Source: a virus. From it: DNA of 64,000 nt. Location: IMG/VR virus record IMGVR_UViG_3300044539_000111, positions 32,001-96,000 of that record; one strand, 5' to 3'. A model generated the notes under the pieces. That model was not told where the DNA came from, searched no databases, and saw nothing but the letters and a program-made list of their open reading frames with translations. This document shows positions 1 to 9,093 of this stretch, one piece after another; within the stretch, counting starts at the first letter, position 1, and every line of letters starts with the position of its first letter. The position numbers were made by a program, and so were the translations under genes.

Positions 1-411
1 CAGGAAACATTAGCAAACCTTGGTGAAGTATGTACAGAACTAAAAAAGAAATTTCCTATTGCATTCATTCTACTTACCCAGTTAAACAGGGACACGGACA
101 GACCGGAAAGAAATGAGAATGGTAAATACGGCAACTACATTTTAGAGTCTGATATATACGGGGGTGATGGACTAGTCCAACATGCAGATTTAGTTGTAGG
201 AATCAACAGACCAGCAAAAAGATTCATTAGTTACTATGGACCTGATAGATTTATAATTGAAGATGAGAACACTCTTGTTCTCCATTGGATTAAATCTAGA
301 AATGGTGAAGTAGGTATGAGTTTCTTTAAAGCAGAGTTTCATAACATGTCAATTAGTGAAATGGAAACGCCTGGTCAAGATCAACAACCAATTCAAACTA
401 AAAAGAAATGA
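1..411 (+). CDS. dnaB: Replicative DnaB-like (SF4) helicase, C-terminal part, truncated by the window start; not in the ORF track
   Basis: Frame 1 is open from base 1: QETLANLGEVCTELKKKFPIAFILLTQLNR...ESDIYGGDGLVQHADLVVGINRP...WIKSRNG...TKKK*. It shows DnaB motifs H3 (LTQLNR), H4 (SD..G...QHADLV) and the KxRxG arginine finger. The TGA stop overlaps the next ATG. Confidence 0.9.
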   Translation, partial: QETLANLGEVCTELKKKFPIAFILLTQLNRDTDRPERNENGKYGNYILESDIYGGDGLVQHADLVVGINRPAKRFISYYGPDRFIIEDENTLVLHWIKSRNGEVGMSFFKAEFHNMSISEMETPGQDQQPIQTKKK

Positions 412-926
412 GTATAAACACAAAGAAAAATACAGTAGAAACCTTGGACAAAAAGGCAAAAATTGAGATTTTAAAATCTTATCACAAAACTACATTCGCT
501 AAACTAGGCGCAAAAGATCCAGTCTTTTCACCTAAGATGGCTTATTATGATTCAGGCGAGAGAGTTATATCTTTTTTCCCAAGTGAAATTGAGAAAGGAG
601 AAGACATCTTTACTGAATTTGTGAGCAGAGATTATGATTCTGAAGATGAATCGCGCACATTGTATAAATGGAAATACAATCCGCATTACATGCAAGAATA
701 TAGAGTTACTGAACCGCATTCAGCAAATCACACAATCAGGTACATCATTCCTGTAGAGGAACTAATTGTATGTACAAGTGAAGCATCTGAAATAGATGAG
801 TTTGATATGCCGGATCCAGATCAGGACTTGCCAATTGACCAGTTAACGATTAGGGATTTAGCCGCAATACTTACAGGTAAGCCAGTGAGTATGAAGAAAT
901 GGCTAAACGAAATAGTAAAAAAGTAA
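408..926 (+). CDS. Hypothetical protein in the replication operon
   Basis: 172-aa ORF coupled to dnaB by an ATGA overlap; no recognised motif. Confidence 0.8.
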   Translation: MSINTKKNTVETLDKKAKIEILKSYHKTTFAKLGAKDPVFSPKMAYYDSGERVISFFPSEIEKGEDIFTEFVSRDYDSEDESRTLYKWKYNPHYMQEYRVTEPHSANHTIRYIIPVEELIVCTSEASEIDEFDMPDPDQDLPIDQLTIRDLAAILTGKPVSMKKWLNEIVKK

Positions 927-936
927 ACAGTAATTA
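921..936 (+). repeat. 16-bp direct repeat AAGTAAACAGTAATTA, copy 1
   Basis: Identical to 1735-1750; both copies lie at gene junctions. Confidence 0.8.
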
Positions 937-938
937 AG

Positions 939-1736
939 ATGAGTGATGAAAATAAAGTAGAAGACTTTATTCTACCGACTAAGCCTACTAAAAGTAAGCT
1001 TATTAACCCTAGTCCATTACTAGTTTTTGGTAAACCAAAGATTGGTAAAACAACAGCAATTGCTGGATTGGAAAACTGCTTAGTAATTAATCTTGAAGAT
1101 AAGATTCAAACCGCTGATGGTATGGTGATGTATGTCCCAACATTAAATGATTTGAAGATGGTCTTACAGAAAATCAAAGCTGCAGGTAAACCATATAAGT
1201 ACATTGCAGTTGATACCTTGACTAAGTTGGAAGACTTATGTATTCTGGAAGCAGAAAGAATATACATGAAGACTCCAATGGGAAAAGAATCCTGGATTAA
1301 AAAAGATGAAGCAACCGGCAAGTTATCACCGACATGTGGTAAATCTAAATACACCAGTATTTTATTCTTGCCTAACGGTTCAGGTTATCAGTATCTACGC
1401 CAAGCATTCAAGCAAATCACTAAGCTGATTGAAGAATGTGCTGACAATATTATTTACATTGCGCATGTCAAAGAAACCAACATCCTAAAAGAAGGTGCGG
1501 AATTGACATCACATGATGTAAATTTGATTGGTAAAAACAAACAATCTATTTCAGCGGAGGCACAAGCCATTGCTTATATGACGCGCATTGGTAAAGCAAA
1601 CTACTTATGTTTCTTGCCAAGTGATGATGTCTTAGCTGGTTGTAAAATCAAAAGATTAGAAGGAAAAGAAATTCTTATCAGTGAATATGATGAGAAAGAT
1701 AATTTGATTACTCATTGGGATCAAATCTATATTTAA
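939..1736 (+). CDS. Sak4-like / AAA_24 P-loop ATPase (phage ssDNA-annealing recombinase family)
   Basis: Walker A GKPKIGKTT, Walker B YIAVDTLT, IIYIAH strand; adjacent to an SSB-like gene. Confidence 0.75.
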   Translation: MSDENKVEDFILPTKPTKSKLINPSPLLVFGKPKIGKTTAIAGLENCLVINLEDKIQTADGMVMYVPTLNDLKMVLQKIKAAGKPYKYIAVDTLTKLEDLCILEAERIYMKTPMGKESWIKKDEATGKLSPTCGKSKYTSILFLPNGSGYQYLRQAFKQITKLIEECADNIIYIAHVKETNILKEGAELTSHDVNLIGKNKQSISAEAQAIAYMTRIGKANYLCFLPSDDVLAGCKIKRLEGKEILISEYDEKDNLITHWDQIYI

Positions 1737-1750
1737 GTAAACAGTAATTA
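1735..1750 (+). repeat. 16-bp direct repeat AAGTAAACAGTAATTA, copy 2
   Basis: Identical to 921-936. Confidence 0.8.
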
Positions 1751-1773
1751 TAAATCTAGTAAAAAGAAAAGTT

Positions 1774-2556
1774 ATGTCTATTTCAACAAAAGGAGTTAAG
1801 AAAAATCACATCTCCAAAGAACTAAAGCCAGGTAATGTTGTGGCAAAAATCAACAACTTGTCTATTGAGCAAGTAAAAACACCAAAGGATCCTAAGAATC
1901 CTGAATACAAAATCTTTATTGAATTAGAAAGCCGCCCAATCGGTGGTGACTTTGTAGGATTTGATAAAGTGTTTGGTGATGCAAGTAAAGGTCAGCACTT
2001 AGGTCAAACAAAAAAGATTCAGTTTTCTAACTGGCCAATCAGAACAAGTGAAGGTATTTCTAAGAAAACAGGAAAGGCTTACAAGATTTTGGCATCAGCT
2101 AAAATTCTTGAGTTTGTTCAAAAACTGTTGACTATAGTTGGAGGTGACGCATGGTTGGAAGCCAACGATGGCAAGTTTGATACATGGGAGCAATTGCTTG
2201 CCGGTGTAGTTCGTAGCGGATTACTTAAAGACAAGTATTTCTCTTGGTGTATTGGTGCTACAGAAGGACAAAATGCCGCAGGATACACTGTATATTACAT
2301 GTGGCTTCCTGAAAAGAAAGACGCTGCTGAACCGTTTGCACTTGAAGGAGGTCTTGTTACCAAGTTTGATGCAAACATTCACATCACAAAGTCTAAGTCT
2401 GTAACAGAAAATGCAGCTCTTAATGACGGAGTTGATGATGATGATTCAGTTGCAAGAGAGCAAGAAGATGACGATTTTGCAAATGCACCTACAGACAGTC
2501 CGTTTGACAACGATGAGTTAGATGACAGCGAGTTGTTTGACATGGATGAAGATTAA
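1774..2556 (+). CDS. Probable single-stranded DNA-binding protein
   Basis: Beta-rich N-terminal part and a very acidic C-terminal tail (DDDFANAPTDSPFDNDELDDSELFDMDED); lies between the Sak4-like ATPase and the primase. Confidence 0.6.
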   Translation: MSISTKGVKKNHISKELKPGNVVAKINNLSIEQVKTPKDPKNPEYKIFIELESRPIGGDFVGFDKVFGDASKGQHLGQTKKIQFSNWPIRTSEGISKKTGKAYKILASAKILEFVQKLLTIVGGDAWLEANDGKFDTWEQLLAGVVRSGLLKDKYFSWCIGATEGQNAAGYTVYYMWLPEKKDAAEPFALEGGLVTKFDANIHITKSKSVTENAALNDGVDDDDSVAREQEDDDFANAPTDSPFDNDELDDSELFDMDED

Positions 2557-2572
2557 TCTTTTCCAATAACAC

Positions 2573-2606
2573 AAGGCGGGTTATTAATTTAGCCCGCCTT
2601 TTTTTA
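2573..2606 (+). terminator. Rho-independent terminator
   Basis: AAGGCGGGTT-loop-AGCCCGCCTT followed by a T run, just after the SSB-like gene. Confidence 0.85.
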
Positions 2607-2614
2607 TTCTAGTT

Positions 2615-3613
2615 ATGATACACACAGTTTATTACACTAACAAAAACTTTCCTATACCTAGTAATAGGATCATGGAAAGAATTTTAAATCTTGAAGAAGC
2701 ATTAGAAGGACAGTCAGTTAAAATCAAATCTATTTTTAACAAGGCAGACAATGATCCTTCAATGATTTTGTTTTTCTCAGATGATGAACAAATATATCGC
2801 TTTAAAGATTTTTCTTCAGGGAACTATGGTGATGCTGTTGATATAGTATTAGAACTCTACAACTTATCAGATAGGCAGAATGGCTATAGACAAATCCTAG
2901 AGCTTTTTAAGAATGACACAGAAATCCCTAAATACATTAACACTGCCTCCAAAGAAATCAGAGAAGTCAACAAGTACACAATCCGTAAATGGACTAATGC
3001 TGATGCTGCATTCTGGAAACAATTTGGAATAGGTGGTTCTTTCTTAAAGAACTATAACATAAAGCCACTAGGGGAATATACCATTACCATTACTAAAGAA
3101 GACGGAGTAGAAGAAATGAACTTTGCTCAGAACATGTGCTATGGTTATTTCAATAATGCAGGAGAGCTATGCAAAATCTATCAGCCAACACGGAAGATAG
3201 CAAAGTTCCTAAAGCTTAGAGAATATACACAAGGTGAAGAACAACTCACATACAAGGCACGTTGTCTAATCATTGCATCATCTCTCAAAGACATCGGTGC
3301 ATTCAAAGCACTCAAGTTCAATCAGATTGAAATGGTAGCTCCCGACAGCGAGAATGTTACTATCACTCAAGCACAGATTGACAAGTACCGCCAAGAATAT
3401 GAATTTGTCTTCACACTATTTGACAATGACATAGCAGGCATGAAAGCAATGAAACACTACAAAGATTTGTATAACATCTCTTACATCTATTTCAATGTAG
3501 AAAAAGACATTGCAGAATGTGTCAAGCAACATGGTGTTGCAAGCACAAAAGTATTTTTAATTCCAATCTTAAAAAATGCAATCGCAGGAGAAAAAAATCA
3601 AAAGACTTCTTGA
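2615..3613 (+). CDS. DNA primase (crAss-type TOPRIM)
   Basis: TOPRIM signatures LIIASSLKD and TLFDNDIAG (DxD), KDIAE; N-terminal KSIFN..DNDPS...FKDFSSG looks like a Cys-less zinc-ribbon-like domain. Confidence 0.8.
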   Translation: MIHTVYYTNKNFPIPSNRIMERILNLEEALEGQSVKIKSIFNKADNDPSMILFFSDDEQIYRFKDFSSGNYGDAVDIVLELYNLSDRQNGYRQILELFKNDTEIPKYINTASKEIREVNKYTIRKWTNADAAFWKQFGIGGSFLKNYNIKPLGEYTITITKEDGVEEMNFAQNMCYGYFNNAGELCKIYQPTRKIAKFLKLREYTQGEEQLTYKARCLIIASSLKDIGAFKALKFNQIEMVAPDSENVTITQAQIDKYRQEYEFVFTLFDNDIAGMKAMKHYKDLYNISYIYFNVEKDIAECVKQHGVASTKVFLIPILKNAIAGEKNQKTS

Positions 3614-3998
3614 GTCCAAAGATGTAGAAAACCATAAGCTTGGTCAACTAGCACTATTATCTGTGTTAGACAAAGACAATGTTTTATATTGGTATTTGAC
3701 TTTAGAGCCAATCAAAGGTTCAATTAAAGCAGATGAAGATTTGCATATAAAAATGACAGAGCTTTTAGAATGGCCATCCTATATTCCAGCAATGGAATGT
3801 TTAGCTAAAATGGTTACTTATATTCAAGCTACTTGTCCTTCACAATCAAGCATAGAAAAATTCTTTGTTTATTACAATGAATATCTTTACAGTTTAATGT
3901 CAAGTACATGGACTTCAGAAACAAGAAAATTAATTAAATCACAAATACCACAGTTAAATGTCAGCAAACCTCCAACAAAATCTCACGAAGATTTGTAA
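3576..3998 (+). CDS. Hypothetical helical protein with an N-terminal LxSxDxE..L[AG] motif
   Basis: 140-aa ORF overlapping both neighbours. Confidence 0.7.
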   Translation: MQSQEKKIKRLLESKDVENHKLGQLALLSVLDKDNVLYWYLTLEPIKGSIKADEDLHIKMTELLEWPSYIPAMECLAKMVTYIQATCPSQSSIEKFFVYYNEYLYSLMSSTWTSETRKLIKSQIPQLNVSKPPTKSHEDL

Positions 3999-5199
3999 AG
4001 ATTTGATGTTAGAACAGCCATTTTATGGCCTGCTTCTACTAAATCTAAACAAAGAATGGACAGACAAAGTACCAACAGCCGGTGTTGGACTAGAAGGAAT
4101 CAACTACAAGTTGTATATTAATCCGGAATTTTGGCAAAGTTTATCTGAAGAACACAAGAAAGGTTTGCTTCAGCATGAATTGATGCACATTGCATTCTTT
4201 CATATTACAGAATACAAACATCTAAAAAATCATGAGCTTGCGAACATGGCTCAAGATATTGAGATCAATCAAAAGATTGATCCCGGTTATTTACCGCCAG
4301 ATGGTTGCACACTTGAGAAATTTATTGATAAAGGATATGATTTACTTCCAGAAGAAGGTACTAACATTTATTATGAAAAATTAAACCGTGAAAGTGATGG
4401 TCCAGGTCCCGGATCTGGTAAAGGTAACGGGCAAGGACAAGGGCAAAGTTTACTTGATGCCATCAAAGATGCAGTAGCAAATGGTTCAATGCAAGTTAAC
4501 GGTCAAGGTTCAAGTAATATGCGCGTCCCAGATCACCAATGGGATGACTTCGATGATCTATCAGAAACTCAACAAAAACTTGTTGACAAACAACTTGAAG
4601 TGATGTTAGACGAAGTTGTTGAACAGGTTCAAAAAATGCAGGGTACTATTCCTAGAGAAGTCTTACAAAAGCTAGAGGCTTTAAAAGTAATTGAGCCACC
4701 AAAGTTTAATTGGAAAGCTTACTTGAGAAGATACATTGGGAACAGTTCTAAGAACAGCATGCGCAAAACCAAAAGAAAACAAAGCAAGCGTTTTGAATTA
4801 GACTTTGGTATTAAAGTGCAAGAGTTTTCAACTATCTTAATTGCAATTGACAGTTCACAATCAGTATCTGATGATGAAATTAAAGAGTTCATGCATGAAA
4901 TTCACCACATGTACAAGTGTGGACATGATTTTACATTGGTTTTTGCAGATACACAAATGCAAGATCCGGTAAAATATAGACCAAATATGCCGTTAATCAT
5001 TAAGAAAAGGGGAGGTACTGATTTCAATCCTGTTGTAGATTATTACATACAACATAGAAAGAAATACACAACGCTCATTTATCTTACAGATGGAGAATGT
5101 CCTGCTCCAGATGCGCCAGTTAAAAACATGTTGTGGGTACTATCTACAAAATGTCAGGACACAGATCACTTACCAGGAAAAACAATCAAGTTAAATTAA
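3958..5199 (+). CDS. Metallopeptidase-like + vWA domain protein (DUF2201-like)
   Basis: HExxH (LQHELMH), NMAQDIEIN, Gly-rich linker, MIDAS motif IAIDSSQS, RGGTDF, YLTDG. Confidence 0.85.
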   Translation: MSANLQQNLTKICKDLMLEQPFYGLLLLNLNKEWTDKVPTAGVGLEGINYKLYINPEFWQSLSEEHKKGLLQHELMHIAFFHITEYKHLKNHELANMAQDIEINQKIDPGYLPPDGCTLEKFIDKGYDLLPEEGTNIYYEKLNRESDGPGPGSGKGNGQGQGQSLLDAIKDAVANGSMQVNGQGSSNMRVPDHQWDDFDDLSETQQKLVDKQLEVMLDEVVEQVQKMQGTIPREVLQKLEALKVIEPPKFNWKAYLRRYIGNSSKNSMRKTKRKQSKRFELDFGIKVQEFSTILIAIDSSQSVSDDEIKEFMHEIHHMYKCGHDFTLVFADTQMQDPVKYRPNMPLIIKKRGGTDFNPVVDYYIQHRKKYTTLIYLTDGECPAPDAPVKNMLWVLSTKCQDTDHLPGKTIKLN

Positions 5200-5211
5200 A
5201 AGTTAAATTAA
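5188..5211 (+). repeat. 12-bp perfect tandem duplication (AAGTTAAATTAA x2) spanning the vWA stop codon and the MoxR leader
   Basis: Seen directly in the sequence. Confidence 0.7.
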
Positions 5212-5216
5212 GAGTT

Positions 5217-6413
5217 ATGAACAAAGTACAGTTAAACAGCAAAGAGTTAAAAGAAACATTGACTCACTTGATTACAAACAATAGAGCAATCCAAGAAGAT
5301 GGATTGAAACCAGTTGCTATCTCAATTTGTGGTGCAGCAGGATTAGGAAAGACATCCGTAGTGGAACAATTAGCTGAAGAGCTAAATATAAAACATGTAG
5401 AAATTATTAACTTGGCTCAGCTAGATGAGCTAGGTGACTTAGTTGGTATTCCAATTAAGGAATATCAGATGGTTGTTAAGCAAGGTGACAATCAAGTAGG
5501 TAAATGGGTTGATGAAAAAGTCATGGATTCCTTTGCTGCACAGGGATGGAAAGCCAATGGACAAAGCCGAATGAGTTATGCTAAGCCAGCTTGGATTGCA
5601 GGTAAAGGAGAAAACGGTGTACTTATCCTAGATGATTACACTAGAGCTGCGCCACGCTTCATGCAAGCAGTTATGGAAATCATTGACAAGCAACGCTACA
5701 TTTCTTGGGCGTTACCAAAAGGATGGACCATTCTTCTTACAGAAAATCCAGATGACGGTACTTACAATGTAACAGACATTGATGCTGCTGCAAAGTCAAG
5801 ATACATTACATTTGATATGAGATGGGAGCCAGAAGTTTGGGCTGAATGGGCTGAGAAATCAGGTATTGACCAACGTGCAATTAACTTTACTTTGTTACAT
5901 GGTAAAGAGATTATCAAAGATGACAACCCTGTAGTAAATCCAAGAAGCTTAGTGAAGTTCTATAATTCTTTAAGAACAATCAAAGACTTTGACAAACAGT
6001 TGATGCTTATTCAGAACATTGGTGAAGGTGCTGTAGGTCCAGAAATTACAACAATGTTTACATCATTCATCCATAATAAATTGGATAAAATGATTTCACC
6101 TGCTGAAATTTTGGATACAACTGTTAGCTTTGATACCATTCAGGGAAAAATCAAAGAGTTGGTCAAAGAAGGTAAAGATTACAGAGCTGATCTAGGTTAT
6201 GTATTGACTACCAGATTGATTAATCACATGGTTCACACTGTAAAAGACAAAGAAATTACTCCAGCTTTTATTGAGCGAGTAAAAGATTTAGTTGTTGGAA
6301 AAGTATTAGGTTCTGATTTGAAGTTTGTATTGGCTAAAAAAGTAGTCAACTCAAGCAACAAATACAATGTTCTTATGCTAGAAGATGAGTTTGTAAATGT
6401 AATCTTAGAATAA
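5217..6413 (+). CDS. MoxR-family AAA+ ATPase; start reassigned to ATG 5217
   Basis: Walker A GAAGLGKT, DLVGIP, Walker B LILDDYTRA, TENP sensor, DAAAKSRY arginine finger, NPRS; adjacent to the vWA gene. Confidence 0.85.
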   Translation: MNKVQLNSKELKETLTHLITNNRAIQEDGLKPVAISICGAAGLGKTSVVEQLAEELNIKHVEIINLAQLDELGDLVGIPIKEYQMVVKQGDNQVGKWVDEKVMDSFAAQGWKANGQSRMSYAKPAWIAGKGENGVLILDDYTRAAPRFMQAVMEIIDKQRYISWALPKGWTILLTENPDDGTYNVTDIDAAAKSRYITFDMRWEPEVWAEWAEKSGIDQRAINFTLLHGKEIIKDDNPVVNPRSLVKFYNSLRTIKDFDKQLMLIQNIGEGAVGPEITTMFTSFIHNKLDKMISPAEILDTTVSFDTIQGKIKELVKEGKDYRADLGYVLTTRLINHMVHTVKDKEITPAFIERVKDLVVGKVLGSDLKFVLAKKVVNSSNKYNVLMLEDEFVNVILE

Positions 6414-7384
6414 TGATTTCATCAATAAATGTTGTCACACTACCGCGGACTTGTTTCGCGGTAGTTCCTGACGATTATGACTGTCATGAATCAGATCTTA
6501 AAATTAATAAGCTGATTCATGATTCTCAAAAGTATGCGGATTTAAATGGAAACATGATTGATGTACCTGTTGAAAGTATTGTTACAGACAAAACTAAAAC
6601 ATTGTATGTTAATCTAGCTGTAAGAAAGTATCTAATGACAGATGCTAAATTACTATCTGGACAAGTTCAAGCTTTAAGCTGCGACTATCTTATTTTTACT
6701 GCTCAAGATACTGAAGACTATTGTTTACAAAAAGTAAAAGATGTAATTGGATTAGCTTTTTGGGATGAGTATGCTGTAGCTACAAAAGAAGCATTACAAA
6801 ATGCACTAGACTTTGATTTAATTTCTGAAGATGACTATGTTCAAATGACATATAAGCATCCTAATAGAACAAGTTGGAAAGAATCAAAGACTCAATGGAA
6901 TGTAGGTTCAAATCACAATGTAAATTTTATTTTACAAGCAACCGGAATGATGATCCCTAGTAATAAAAAAGTTATAGAGCTGCAAGAAGTTCTAAACTAT
7001 TCTAAAAATCGCGGAATCACACAAGAAGAATCCAATAAAATAAAAATGCTTTTGCAAGCAAAAGACTCAGAAAAAGTTGCACTGACTTTATTAAACACAA
7101 TCAATCCAAATAATTCATTTGTTGAACTGATGTGTTTGATTAATCACATGGATGATAACATCCGTAGAAACAATCCAAATGTTCCAGTACTACCTCTGTT
7201 AAAAGGTGCATACAATGTTGATACTGGAATAAAAAGAAAATCTGATAGAATTGTAAAAGAATATGAAAAGAAGTTTGGTTATGCTTCTAATGAAGTTCTA
7301 GAAAGAATTGCAGATAACTATTATCACCCAACAGTTGAAACAAGTTCGGTGTTTGATTTCAAATTAAAAATAAAAAGAAAATGA
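6413..7384 (+). CDS. Hypothetical protein (MoxR-associated)
   Basis: 323-aa ORF with a TAATG overlap with the MoxR stop codon. Confidence 0.75.
   Translation: MISSINVVTLPRTCFAVVPDDYDCHESDLKINKLIHDSQKYADLNGNMIDVPVESIVTDKTKTLYVNLAVRKYLMTDAKLLSGQVQALSCDYLIFTAQDTEDYCLQKVKDVIGLAFWDEYAVATKEALQNALDFDLISEDDYVQMTYKHPNRTSWKESKTQWNVGSNHNVNFILQATGMMIPSNKKVIELQEVLNYSKNRGITQEESNKIKMLLQAKDSEKVALTLLNTINPNNSFVELMCLINHMDDNIRRNNPNVPVLPLLKGAYNVDTGIKRKSDRIVKEYEKKFGYASNEVLERIADNYYHPTVETSSVFDFKLKIKRK
6439..6465 (+). promoter_or_regulatory. GC-rich 11-bp RNA hairpin just after the MoxR gene, inside the next CDS
   Basis: ACTACCGCGGA-CTTGT-TTCGCGGTAGT with one G-U pair and no long U tract. Confidence 0.5.
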
Positions 7385-8406
7385 AACAAGAGTTAAATGA
7401 AGTACAGCAAATGAATTACGATGCATTCTTTGCTAATGTTGAGAACTTAATGCTCAGCCCAAGTGCATTAAAGCTAATGCTTGAATCACCTAAAACATAT
7501 TTTAAACACTATGTATTAGGAGAAAAAGATGTGAAAACAGGAAAGCATTTTGATGAAGGATCATTGGTCCACTGTATGGTTCTTGAACCAGATGAACTCA
7601 AAGAAAAGTTTGTAAACATGGGAATATCTGTTCCTACAGATAGTACTCGTCTTTGCATAGAACATCTATTATCTTTAGGAAGAGATGCATCAGAATTAGA
7701 GGAGTATCATGAAGAGATCATTGCTTATTTAAAAGATGTAAATCTTCATCAGTCATTAGTAGATGACAAGAAAGCTCCATTCAAAACTGGTGATGAAAAG
7801 CGTTTAGAAAAAGTGATTACTGAAAACTCAATAGAGTACTTTAGAATCATGGTGGAAGGACGCGAGAAAACAATTGTAGATGTTGCATCATGGGATAAAT
7901 GCTATGCCAAAGCAGAAGCAATTCTTGCATGTGAAAAAGCAAACTTCTTGCTTAAACCAGTGAATGAAAATGATGAAGTCAGATATGAAATTGAGTTATC
8001 TCACAGACCTGAAGAGCTTCAGTATGGTGTAAAAGGTATCATGGATGTAATCAAAGTTGATCGCCAAAGCAAAACTGTTTATATCAGTGATGTTAAAACG
8101 CACGGTGGAAAACTAAAAGACTTTGTTACATCTGCAGAAAAGTATGAGTACTGGTTGCAACCAATCATCTACAAAATTCTTGCTGAAAGTTTACTCAGAG
8201 GCCGCGCATTTGATTACAAAATCATTTTTCATTTTATTGTGGTTGACCAAAACAATGATGTGTATTGCTTTCCAGTAGAAGATTCATCAATGGAAAAGTA
8301 TTTTACTGAATTGTTTCACATGGTAAACAAGAAAATCAATTATCACATTACAAGCAAAGACTTTACATTACCTTATGAATTTGCAAACAATTTAATATCT
8401 TTGTAA
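7381..8406 (+). CDS. PD-(D/E)xK exonuclease (RecE/ExoVIII-like)
   Basis: LSPSALK, GSLVHCMVLEP, YEIEL, KGIMD...ISDVKT, YWLQPIIY. Confidence 0.8.
   Translation: MKQELNEVQQMNYDAFFANVENLMLSPSALKLMLESPKTYFKHYVLGEKDVKTGKHFDEGSLVHCMVLEPDELKEKFVNMGISVPTDSTRLCIEHLLSLGRDASELEEYHEEIIAYLKDVNLHQSLVDDKKAPFKTGDEKRLEKVITENSIEYFRIMVEGREKTIVDVASWDKCYAKAEAILACEKANFLLKPVNENDEVRYEIELSHRPEELQYGVKGIMDVIKVDRQSKTVYISDVKTHGGKLKDFVTSAEKYEYWLQPIIYKILAESLLRGRAFDYKIIFHFIVVDQNNDVYCFPVEDSSMEKYFTELFHMVNKKINYHITSKDFTLPYEFANNLISL
8396..8403 (+). promoter_or_regulatory. Possible Bacteroidota sigma-A -7 promoter element (TAnnTTTG)
   Basis: TATCTTTG ends 12 nt before ATG 8416; no properly spaced -33 TTTG was found. Confidence 0.3.
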
Positions 8407-8415
8407 GAAAATACT

Positions 8416-8820
8416 ATGTCAGAAAACACCAACCAAAAAAGCATGATGTTAGTTGTGCAAGATCACAGAGGCATGCCAACGTTTAGCATGATCCGAACAG
8501 CAGAAACTTGTCCATTTGTGGAGTGCATTTATGTACCAGATCAAAAACAGTTAGCAATTATTTCTACCATTCAGAAGGATACATTTCATTTGTTTCCTAA
8601 ACTAGATGACAATGGAGATACTGCAATTGCTAAAGGCAGAAAAGTTGTAGGTAAAAATTACAAAGAAGAAAGAAAAGCAATCAAAACTTTTTATGAGTAC
8701 ACACTTGTAAATGAAGATGACATTGTTGCTTTTGTAGAAAAGTTTGCAGTAAATGCAGATACTTTTCCTTTCCGCAATGTAATGAATCCTGAAGCGGCAA
8801 AAGCTAAGGCTAAAAAGTAA
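8416..8820 (+). CDS. Hypothetical protein
   Basis: 134-aa ORF followed by a terminator. Confidence 0.8.
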   Translation: MSENTNQKSMMLVVQDHRGMPTFSMIRTAETCPFVECIYVPDQKQLAIISTIQKDTFHLFPKLDDNGDTAIAKGRKVVGKNYKEERKAIKTFYEYTLVNEDDIVAFVEKFAVNADTFPFRNVMNPEAAKAKAKK

Positions 8821-8833
8821 GCACCAAAATCTT

Positions 8834-8875
8834 AATAAAAGTGCGAGATTCTCTAAGTTTCTCGCACTTTTTATT
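8834..8875 (+). terminator. Rho-independent terminator, possibly bidirectional
   Basis: AATAAAAGTGCGAGA...TCTCGCACTTTTTATT inverted repeat with a T tract. Confidence 0.85.
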
Positions 8876-8886
8876 TATTCAAGTTT

Positions 8887-9093
8887 ATGAGCACAATTGA
8901 TTTAGGTAAAGTTTTTGGCTCAGGAAAACCAAGAGATCCGCACATTATTAGACTAAACTTTGCCAAAAGAAACGGCTTAGTTGATGATGAACAATATGAA
9001 AGGATTCTTCAGTACTTGAAGTCAGATGAAGAAGATGTACAGAATTTAGGTGCAACAACACTAAAAGGAATAATTCAAAAATCATCAATGTAA
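8887..9093 (+). CDS. Small hypothetical protein with the LxSxD/E..LG motif
   Basis: 68-aa ORF with a TAATG overlap with the next gene. Confidence 0.7.
   Translation: MSTIDLGKVFGSGKPRDPHIIRLNFAKRNGLVDDEQYERILQYLKSDEEDVQNLGATTLKGIIQKSSM

Noticed and set aside
7381-8406. Cas4 assignment for the nuclease
   Set aside because: It lacks the four-Cys Fe-S cluster pattern and there is no cas context; a RecE-like exonuclease fits better.
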